A stretch of 64,000 bases of DNA from Podarcis tiliguerta (Eukaryota): NCBI GenBank assembly GCA_965153285.1, contig OZ229122.1, one strand, 5' to 3'. Below the pieces are notes generated by a model. That model did not search any database, was not told where the DNA came from, and was given only the letters and a program-made list of their open reading frames with translations. Within the stretch, counting starts at the first letter, position 1; each line of letters starts with the position of its first letter. A program made the translations under genes and the position numbers. Below are positions 12,525 to 23,206 of this stretch, one piece after another.

Positions 12525-14664
12525 TAAACCAGGCATAGGCTGCTCCAGTCAGCCTCTTTAGGTGTGTGTGTGAGTGTGCGCACGTGCACGCACGCATGCG
12601 CCATTTCGTCCTTCAGGCAGCAAAATGTTTTGGGCCAGCTCTGCTTCTCAGCCTAGTGATTCTTCTGTCACATTTCGTGTTAGCCATCAAATGAGGGTCA
12701 TGTGTAGGGAGAAAAATCTTGACAATTCTATTTTAACTGGTTTTAATTCTAAATTTTATATTGTTGTTACCCGCCTTGGGACCTGCTTGTGAAGGGTGGG
12801 TAATAAATTTAGTAGTAGCAGCAGCAGCAGCAGCAGCCGCAGCAGCAGCAATAATAAACATCCTTGGCCCTGCAGCCATCTTCTCTTCAGCCACATCTTT
12901 TTAATAGTGCCCCTTCGTATATTTGGTATGTTCCAAACACAACTTGAAGAACCAAAATAAAAGCTGTGTACATACCATATGTTTAAAGTACATCCCCATC
13001 CACCCTCACAGAGAACCCTGGGAATTGTAGCTCTCTCTAAGCGTGCTGGGAATTGTGAGGAACAAACTAGAGTTCCCACAATTCTTATGACGCAGTGCTC
13101 TTTAAATTTACCCAGGCATTTGGTAACTGAAGAATTCGGTTTCCTGGCAATCCCGGGATCGCCAGAAGGAATAGCGGTCACTGTTTTTAATGCCTTTAAA
13201 TGTAATTGTTTTAGAATGTTTTCGCTTTGGAATCAGTTGGCGGCCCTGGGCTCCTTCAAGAGAGAAGGAGGAAAATATAAATTAATAAATAAATGGATTT
13301 ATGGCATGTACACAGCCTAAATTATATTTACTACAGTACTACAAATTAGAGAGAAAAGGGGGACGTGGCTTGTTATGTGCCACTCCTTTGGTATCAGCCG
13401 CATCCGCACCATACATTTAAAACTTTGACAGTCATAACTTTCCCCCCAAGGATCTTGGGTACTGTAGTTTACACCTCACAGAGCTACAACCCCCAGCACC
13501 CTTAATCTACAGTTCCCAGCCATGACTGCTATAGTAGTATAAATGTGCTTTAACCATATGGTGCCAATCCTCTGAGGGCTATTTTGCATCTTCTTTAAGG
13601 GGACCTTAATGGCAGGGGTAAGACGCCTCAAACCTGTGGGCCCAGTGTAGCCCTCTAGGCCTCTCTGTTTATTTTTCATATTAATTGTGCACAAATTTAT
13701 AGACTGCTTCCCAGCATAAAGCCATATAAGGGCAAAATAAAACACAGAAGCATCAGCTCACAGGATAAAGTCAATTCAGCAAAGCCTGAGAACAGCCTCC
13801 TCAGGCCACAGCCACTCACGGGATTATGCCTACACATCCCTGAGGCACTTTTGCTTAGCTAGAAAGTGTTCGACTGTGACAATGCCTCTGGGTTTCCTGT
13901 ATAGCGCGATATGTGTAGGGTGTGCATAGAAACCTACTGCTTTTGTGTAACTGGAATGTTGTCTTTGGTACAAAGGTCAGAGCTGCATCCGTTTCTCTGC
14001 CCACTTTTGCCTCTGGTGTTATAAGAATTCTAAGGTCTCTGATCTAAATTAAATGTACAAGGCAAGCACATACATAAGTATATAAACCACATGTCTGAAA
14101 TAGTGCAGGAGAGCAAGCCTGAAGCCATTTTGACTCTCCTGGTGACCTCAAATATTTCTCTGCAAGGAGAAAGGAAATGGGAAAGCCTCCCCATTGTTGT
14201 TTGCTTACAAATCCTGTCTCAAGGGTCTAATTGTGTATGAATAGGGTGAGTCTGTGACCTGGATTCAGGAACTAAACTATTAACCATCACAAAAGAATGG
14301 CCAGACTGCCCAGGTAAAGCAATCAGTGACCGTTATCAGGTGTCCTGGCAGACAGGATTTCTGCTGTAGACCGCCTCCTGTGATGCATTTCTGCTGCAGA
14401 CTGCCTCCTTCTGTGATGTATGTATGATGTTTTTTGGGGTGGTCTTGAGCTACAGGGGGGCACTTTCCAAAGTCTATGTAAGGGCTTGTGCACCACTGAT
14501 CTGGGTTCTCTCCCTCCTGTGTGTGGGGAGTGGGGACCCTGTTGCAACAGTACTTTTCTATTGCATTAAATATCAGGCTTACTAGCTGCTTTGCTTCTCA
14601 ATATTCTCTGGCTGGCCTCTGTTATTTTCTCCTACCAATAGGGAACCCACTTAAGGACTCTATG

Positions 14665-16988
14665 CAGTGGTAACTCTGTTTTTTTTTTTTTAATTGATAT
14701 TTATTAAGTTTTCATAGTATAATATAAACCAAACATAACACAGAAACAACAAGACAACAACAACAAAGATACAATAAAGAAAAAAAAAGAAAAAAAAACA
14801 CCTTAACACATAACAAAAAACTAACATATAATATAACAACGGTTAAAAACAACTTCACTTTTCAAAATAGATCTTGCATTAGCTTTTTCCTGGACTTCCC
14901 CGTACCTCCCTCCTTTGTATTCCATTTCCATTGTTCGATCAGCAAATCCTTTCCCTCTTTTACTTTCATCTCCCTTCTTATCTTAATATTTTGGCTTTAC
15001 CCTTCCCTCTCTTTTACACTATTTTTCCCATTTACTTCTTCGTTTTTTACAGAAAGCCCCTTAATCAAAATCCAACATCGTTCTAACATTCATTAATTTT
15101 ACAATATTTCTGTAAATAATCCTTAAATTTCTTCCAATCTTCTTCCACCTGATCTTCTCCCTGGTCTCGAATTCTGCCGGTCATTTCTGCCAGTTCCATG
15201 TAGTCTATCACCTTCATCTGCCATTCTTCCACGGTGGGTAGTTCTTGGGTCTTCCAATACTGCGCAATCAGCATTCTTGCTGCTGTTGTGGCATACATAA
15301 AAAAGGTTCTGTCCTTTCTTGGCACCAATTGGCCGACCATGCCCAGGAGAAAGGCCTCCGGTTTCTTGAGGAAAGTATATTTAAATACTTTTTTCATTTC
15401 ATTATAGATCATTTCCCAAAAGGCCTTAATCCTTGGGCACGTCCACCAAAGGTGAAAGAATGTACCTTCTGTTTCTTTACATTTCCAACATTTATTATCA
15501 GGCAACTTATAAATTTTTGCTAGCTTGACTGGTGTCATGTACCACCTGTATATCATTTTCATAATATTCTCTCTTAAGGCACTACATGCCGTGAATTTCA
15601 TACCGGTGGTCCATAACTGTTCCCAGTCAGCCATCATTATATTATGTCCAACATCCTGTGCCCATTTGATCATAGCAGATTTTACTGTTTCGTCCTGCGT
15701 ATTCCATTTCAACAGCAAGTTATACATTCTTGACAAAGTCTTAGTTTTGGACTCTAACAGTTCTGTTTCCAATTTTGATTTTTCCACCTGGAAGCCCACT
15801 TTCCTATCTAGTTTATATGCCTCCATTATTTGGTGATAGTGAAGCCAGTCATGCACTTTATTTTTTAGCTTCTCAAAACTCTGTATTTTCCATTTTTCTC
15901 CATCTTGTTCTAAAATCTCCCAATATTTCGGCCATTTGTCCTCCATATTAAGCTTTTTAAGGGCCTTCGCTTCCATTGGTGACAACCACCTTGGAGTTTT
16001 GCTCTCAAGTAGATCTTTATACCTTATCCAGACGTTAAACAATGCTTTCCTTACAATGTGGATCTTAAACATTCTATGCACTTTAACCTTCTCATACCAT
16101 AGATATGCATGCCAGCCAAAAGCATTATTAAACCCTTCTAAGTCCAAAATATCAGTATTTTCCAGAAGTAGCCATTCTTTCAGCCAGCAAAAAGCTGCTG
16201 ATTCATAGTAAATTTTCAGGTCTGGCAGGGCAAAGCCTCCTCTTTCTTTTGCATCTGTTAATATTTTAAATTTTATTCTTGGCTTTTTGCCCTGCCAGAC
16301 AAATCTGGAGATATCTTTCTGCCACTTCTTAAAGCAGTCCATTTTATCAATAATTTGCAGTGTTTGGAACAGAAATAACATTCTCGGCAATACATTCATT
16401 TTTATCACAGCAATACGACCTAACAATGATAGCTTCAGATTTGACCAGATTTCCAAATCCCTTTTCACCTCCGACCAGCATTTTTCATAATTATCTTTAA
16501 ACAGGTTCCCGTTCTTAGATGTCATATTAATCCCCAAATACTTCACCTTCTTAACCACAGTCAAACCTGTCTCCTTCTGAAACCTTTCTCTCTCCTTTTC
16601 AGTTAAATTTTTCTCCAGAACCTTTGTTTTTAATTTGTTTAATTTAAATCCTGCCACTTGACCAAATTCTTCAATCAGTTCTAAGACCCTTTTAGTACTA
16701 GTTTCTGGCTCCTGCAATGTCAATACAAGGTCATCTGCAAATGCTCTCAATTTATATTGTTTAGCTCCGTATGCAGTGGTAACTCTGGTTAAGAACTTAA
16801 TTCGTTCTGGAGGTGCGTTCTTAACCTGAAACTATTCTTAACCTGAGGTACCAATTTAGTTAATGGGGCCTCTCACTGCTGCAGTGTGATTTCTGTTCTC
16901 ATCCTGAGGTAAAGTTCTTAACCTGAGGTACTATTTCTGGGTTAGTGGAGTCTGTAACCTGAAGCGTCTGTAACCTGAGGTACCACTG
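14665..16988. mobile_element. Tc1/mariner MITE (CAGTGGTACCTC-type TIR) split by an L1 insertion
   Basis: Pieces 14665-14678 and 16788-16988 match the intact copy at 37025-37240; right end gaggtaccactg|TA. Confidence 0.85.
14679..16769 (-). mobile_element. 5'-truncated L1-clade LINE; ORF2 C-terminal part (15083-16750), 3'UTR and poly(A)
   Basis: 555-aa open frame with RT motif FADD, KYLG primer grip and C-terminal zinc knuckle CWKC...HLWWTC; AATAAA then A13 tail; identical 18-bp TSD TATGCAGTGGTAACTCTG at 14661-14678 and 16770-16787. Confidence 0.95.
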
Positions 16989-18005
16989 TACGGGCTCTTG
17001 GATACCCCATAAGGGAAAATGAGTTTTTTCCCCCTTATAACACTGGCAACACCCCCTTTTTGCCTCTGGCCCTGCTCACCACAAGCATTTGGCCCCTGTA
17101 AGGTTACCCCTGGGGAAACACGACCCCCAGGCTGAAAAATGAGCCCCTTGCTTTGCTTTGTCCCTGCCTTGCCTTAGTTTCACCCCCCCATTCCCCCCCC
17201 CCATTTCTGCCCTCAACCCACTAAACAAAATATCTGATGCCTTGTCAGCCTCTCATGGGGCATTACTCTCTGTACAGAGTAATGGATAATGATTCCTTTT
17301 GTTTCCAGTTTTAAGTCTTCACTTGCTCATACCAGCTTAGCCAAAACAGCACCACCTACATAGAAAAGGGAAGTAGTAGCAGTCTAAGCCTGAGATTTGT
17401 AGTAGTACCAAAAATCAAAACACCACCCTTTAGCAAAAAAAAAAAAAAAAAAACTCAAACCCTAAATGAATGGAGAGGGTTCCCAAACTTCCCAGGGAGA
17501 ACCAAATGGGCACAGAATAAGGGTGACAGGAAAAGAAGAGTGAAGGAAAAGTGAGATTATTGCTTCTGAATAGATTATATACCGGGTTATACTGCATTGT
17601 TAGTCACAATTCTACTGAAATCTATGCATCTTCAATTAGTTGTGATTTAATTTTCACATTGACTTCAGTGGGACCCAAGAACATCTGATAGTGTATTTCA
17701 AAATATTTCTGCCCACAGGGCTCACAGGCATGTGGGTGTAGAATTCCAGCCTTTGGATTCAATCAATCATCGCAGTTGTTTTCACGATAAGGTGGCCTAT
17801 GATTATTCCTAGGTGACAGATGGGGAAACTAGACACAAGACCTGTCTTTGGCGTGTGAACAATGTCACTTTTAAACTGGGGACATCTCAGCTCCCCCAAC
17901 TTATACCCCGCCTCGTATGAATTAGTTACTCCAATACTTCATTTGCTTTCATTCATGCTTCAGTTAATAAACTTCAACACCACATTTTTGATTGAACAAA
18001 TGTTA

Positions 18006-18011
18006 TTTATT
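18006..18011 (-). terminator. Candidate distal CSF3 poly(A) signal (alternatives at 18715-18720 and 19066-19071)
   Basis: AATAAA on minus strand at the end of the AU-rich region, with GU-rich sequence downstream (tgtggtgttg). Confidence 0.45.
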
Positions 18012-19429
18012 TCTACTCAGAAATTGCATACACCATATCATAATAAATAAAATAAATAAAATTCATTTTCGGAAGAAGTAGTAACAGAATTAAAACCTGA
18101 TTGGTATTACAATGGAAGCATTGAGAGACTCTAAATAGAAATATTAAGCACTAATCAATGACCCAGTGGCCAATTATTTCTACCTTTTAAAATAAAAATA
18201 TAAATAAAAGTTAAAAGTACAATGTCCATTCCATTTAGCATCATTGTCAAATAAATAGGTATTTATATCCTGCCTTTTCTAATTGTGTGGGGTGTTCAGT
18301 GCAGTTTACAGTTACAATGAAAGCACAACTACAGTGATGTGACAGAAAATCTAAACAGCTTCAAAAATAAATGCTTTGGAATGCTTCAGCTGAGCTTAGG
18401 CTCTTAGCCAAATTCCAGATATTTCTTTATCACCTCATGACATTTACAAGTCATATCATTCCAGCTGCCTTCTGTTGCAGAGGCTTGTAATGGAAGAATG
18501 TGAAGCTAGCAAGAGTTCTGGTCCAGTTTTGAAGGAAAAAACAGTTAGCATTGGTGGCGGACTAAAATCTGCAAGCAACTTTGTACCTCTCTAGCAAACT
18601 GCAAAGCGATTTTAAACAAAATACAAAATGGAATTCTGCACAGATCGATGACCCACGTTGGTGTAAAACAAATTCATTTAAATAACAAAAACAGTTTACA
18701 ATCATAAGTTAACATTTATTAAAAACCTCAGTAAAAACAAAACATCCTCTAGCATAGAATATTACAGGAATAAATCAGATAGCAAATGAGCAATTAATGC
18801 TTTGGTTTCTAGATACATCTCTCTGTCTAAAGCAGGAGTGGGGAAACATATGGCTCTCCAGAGGTTTTAATGGACTACAGCTCCCATCATCCCCGACTAT
18901 TGACTACAGTTGCTGGGGCTGATGGGAGCTGGAGTCCAGCAGCCTGTAACTGGCCACAGGTTCCCCATCAGTGGTGTGAAGGCAGGACCAGCCCTACCAT
19001 TCAACAGGGTGAAGTGGGTTGCTTCATGCAACTGCAAGGGCTGATGCACATATGTTTGTGTTAACTTTATTTTACGGCCCAGTACTACATGATTCACCAA
19101 GCAGCGGAGTCTAGCTGCCATTTTAGTTTCTTACAATACCGCCAACACGAGGATTGTGGGAAATTTAGATAGCAGCCCCTGGCCAAATCAGGGCTCCATT
19201 GATTATACAGCAACTGTTCATAGCAGTTTCAGAATTATCATCTACTGGTGCTGCTCCAACAATAGGTATGTGTGCTTATGGTTCATATTCAGTGTTACTT
19301 ATCTATAACAAGTACAAGAAGATGCACAGCCCAGCATGTACCCAGGAGACTGCCAGAGGTGGGAACTAGATACTCCTGTTGTTCACCCCCCTGCAGTTTG
19401 GTCCGACTACCAATAGCCAGTACTCTTAA

Positions 19430-19446
19430 TGTTTAAATATTAAACA
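19430..19446 (-). promoter_or_regulatory. G-CSF stem-loop destabilising element (SLDE) in CSF3 3'UTR
   Basis: Minus strand UGUUUAA-UAU-UUAAACA: perfect 7-bp stem with UAU triloop, matching the recalled mammalian G-CSF SLDE core. Confidence 0.8.
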
Positions 19447-19691
19447 GTGATTTAACATTGCATACATCTTGACATGTGCACCACAGCAAGGCTGTAAGTG
19501 TTGCAAGATGCACACGTAAAACTTGCTGAAACTCCCGTGCCTTTGATAAACAAAGGTTCTTATCAAACAGTTAATCTGACAGTTATCGGTATAAATATTA
19601 AATAAGTAATAAATACTCTTAATACCAGAGAAATGACTAAAGGTCTGAGGGCAAATTTTAAGATGCAGAACATTTGTTGTTTTTAAGAAAC

Positions 19692-19726
19692 AATAAATAA
19701 AAAAATAAAATAAATAAGCACAATAA
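19692..19726 (-). promoter_or_regulatory. AU-rich element cluster in CSF3 3'UTR (others at 18043-18060 and 20423-20438)
   Basis: UUAUUUAUU nonamers and AUUUA pentamers on the minus strand. Confidence 0.65.
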
Positions 19727-20603
19727 ATTAAAAACACGCAGTTGTAGGAATTGATTCTTAAGGATATTTCACTAGAAATCCAGCAAAGCAAACAAGATAT
19801 TTCCATACAAATGTCAAGTTGGCATCGCAGGATGAATACATTTCATTAAAAGCCGAATCCAAAATTGCAATTCTACGAAATGCTTGAGATGAGCCAATTC
19901 CAGAAGTAGCCAATGTCTTGGATTGACTTCAGTTCCCATCATCCCTGAGCATTGGTCATGCTAGCTGGGGCTGATGGGAACTGGAGTCCAACATCTGGAG
20001 GATAGCAATAGCTGGAGTTGTTGCAGGAGTCTCATGTCAACACTATGATAAAAACAACAACAACACCCGATTGCTAAAGATGTCCTGCATCAGTCTCTTA
20101 AAAAGGCTAGTTTAAAAAACCCCCCAAGGAATTTAGTTTGGCACAAACAGAAATGCTAAATGCCCAAACATGGAGAAGGCTGACCAATTAATTTGGAGAG
20201 ACATCAGAATGTGGGACTGTACTTGACTTTTGATCATAAAAAAGATAAAGATTAGTTCAGTTAGCAAGAGTCACTTCCTGCTGATAGCAGCAGAACACCA
20301 AACTGGGCACAGAGGGGCTTCTTAAAAACGATGCGTCTGGTGTTCTGCTGCTTCTTTAAATATTCTTGTGCCTTTTGTTTTTCTTGCTTTTGCATGATAA
20401 CAAACGGCTTTTAAAACTTTACAATAAATACAATAAATATATAATAAAAAGTTAGGAGGCTGGAATTCTGTAGGTTGGGAGGAGTCCAGGCAGAAGTAGT
20501 ACATCCTCTTGTTTCAGTTTGTTATCACCTATTAGGTCCTCCTTAGGATGCACAGGACCCTTCCACTCCAGGGTCTTATGGGAGAATCCTCTAGCCCTTC
20601 ACA

Positions 20604-20756
20604 TTATGAATAACAATGCCTCAATGCCCGGGCAATCGCTTCCATGAATTTCTCAAGGTTGCGGATGACAAGATAACTTCCAATAGCTCTCTGGTTTTGC
20701 AAGTCCAGGGTTTCTCCCTGGGGGAAGGTGACAGCGGTCACCACACTCTCAAGTAT
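20604..20756 (-). CDS. CSF3: CSF3 exon 5 (helix D)
   Basis: Acceptor tgcttcag|ATA; ...LEKFMEAIARALRHCYS, TAA at 20606-20604. Confidence 0.9.
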   Translation of the reverse strand: MLESVVTAVTFPQGETLDLQNQRAIGSYLVIRNLEKFMEAIARALRHCYS

Positions 20757-23158
20757 CTGAAGCAGGGAGATAGAAAGTGGGGTGGGAAGAAGAGAAATCG
20801 CATCCGTTATTGAAATGCAGCTGTTTACTAAGTGCTTAGAGGATCATTTTTTCTCGACAGCTGGATGGCCTAACTTGGTACCCTTTTGCACCTTGCAACC
20901 CCAGAGGTTAGAGAAGCTAAGAAGCTTTCTATAGAGAGATCAAACATTCCTTGAAATACAGAGTACCAGTCTTCGCAACATTAAATGTAGAGAACTCTAG
21001 ATCAGGGTGGGATTCCCATCAGCCTCAGCCAGCATGGCAAGCGGTCCAGGATAATGGGAATTGCATCTTCAGGGCTATAAAGCTCCCCATGCCTGCAAAT
21101 TGGGAACACTGAGAAGGGGAGAAGAACTGAAGTTCCTGGGGCTGTGTCTTAAGGAGGAGGGGATTATGGATCATCAATTTCCATGAGCAGGAATTACCCT
21201 AAACAATTACACCCTTTAACAATCATGTGTTCCTTGAAGAAAGGACACAATGACAGCTAGAGGTATTATTAATACCCTGACATGCTAATCAATATGTTCC
21301 AAAAGAAATCAAGAAGGAATGAGGCCAAGGGAAGCAGAGGGGATGAGCCGCCTGTCTCAGAAACAAGTCTTCATCTGCAGTTAGTCTTCCATATTCTGTC
21401 TCTGTGTTGCCCATGGAATTCAGTGGAACAGACACCGAGACAATAGCAGCCAAGACAAGCCATGCCAGAATAATGCATCTGGGTTGGTGCAACTGCAGCC
21501 AGCACTAGGGGCATCACCACTCTTCCAGGAGGGGAAGCAACTATGAAGTGCAGACAACAGACCCTGCTAAAATGGCTATGGATATTCCTGCTCCTTGCAA
21601 GCATGCAAGGGCTTCTTCTCACCTCCCGCCCACCTGTTCTGCCCCCTCCCTCAGCCCAAGCTGAGCAAGTAGTAAGCCAGCTTCTCACCTGCCGGTGGAT
21701 GTTGGTGGAGAGGTTTGAGAGGTCCAGCTGGAGGCCAGTCACTTTCTCAGAGAAACTTGGCAGGATCTGGGCAACGTGTGAGAGGCTGTGCTGGTAGGTG
21801 CTGAGGCCGGTCTGTATCTGGTTGAAGCAATCCTCCTGCAAGAACAAGATTTAAGGGTGGGGAAGAAGGGTTACAGCTTTTGTCTGGATAGATCTCTCTC
21901 GCTCGCACACACAACTTTTCCTGGTTCCCATTTAGGCTGGAGACCACCATTTTTCACATCCAGAGTGTAGACAGTATTTTAAAAAGGGGGCTTGTTTAAA
22001 TTATTTAGGACATTCATTCTCAGGGCAGTTAAGATACAGTCAATCCATTTTTGCAACTACAGAGCAAGATCATTACAGCAAGGCAGAAATGTGCTTCCAG
22101 GTACGCTGATGAGGATCTTTTATGGAACTACGATTCCCATGAACCAGAGCAAACACAGCCAATGGCCAGAGACAATGGGAGCTGTATTTCAGTAGGGACA
22201 CAAATTTCTTCACACCTGATGTGGATCACTGAAAGCAATGCCTCTCAAACCAGTTTAAACTCTTAAAACACTATACACAGCGACCCAATTTAGGGTGTGT
22301 TGTGAGTATAAGTAAAACCATGTGAGATGAGATATTACAAGTGGCTCAGTTTGATCATCTGTGGTGGAGAGAGAGAGCAGAAGAACAAATGAACAGTTCA
22401 AGTTGGTATAAAGGAGAAGGCTCAGTTTCTCCTGCCAGAGAACAAAGCGGAAAAAGGCTACAGGTTTAAATATTAACTTAAGATGGGAAAATTAAGAGGG
22501 TTCCTCAGAAGAAGTGGCAAGAGGAGAAAAAGTTTTCCCATAGTAGGCAAGCCAAGACATTGACATTCCTTACGCACAAAGGCATAGAGTCCAACATCTA
22601 TGTTATTGCTCAAGCTTTCGCCGAGCAGGTCGGCAGCAATAAGATTGTTAAGAAATATTTGCTGTGTGCTAAGAAAACATGAAGGGGATTTTTTCTCTCT
22701 GCATGCTCTTATCTTATTGGCTATTTGGTAATATTCCTCTCTTCTTGAGAAGTTGAATACACATGTTACAGAGGTGTGCCTGAAAATCCCCTGGAAAAGG
22801 GTACCCCCCTCACCAAACCTCATTTGAGCCCGTGATCAGCCTCAGAACTCATTTTGAGTGCTAGGAGGGGACCCAGGGAAGAGTATTTGGGTATTTGAGC
22901 GTGTATGGAGTCTTCTTCCTTTGCCACTGGTTAACTATAACCAAACTTTGTAATGAGTGGTCAGGGCTTCTAGATTAGATACATATTAGCCTCAGTGATT
23001 TTTAACAGCCAGCCTTAAAGTGTAATTTGTTTTAGTTTGCTGATTGCTACCAATTTCATAGTCCATGCTCAACTGAATGTGCATATGTAGTTCTAAAGAG
23101 AAAGCATGGATTGAGTATAAACAGAATCCATGTGGCACATAGGCATTCATTTTGGAAG

Positions 23159-23206
<48 letters not shown>

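Larger units (their letters stand above)
14017..17042 (+). mobile_element. Solo LTR (about 700 bp after removing nested inserts)
   Basis: Terminal inverted ends TGTTATAAG...CTTATAACA, 4-bp TSD CTGG (14013-14016 and 17043-17046), internal ATTAAA at 14565. Confidence 0.8.
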
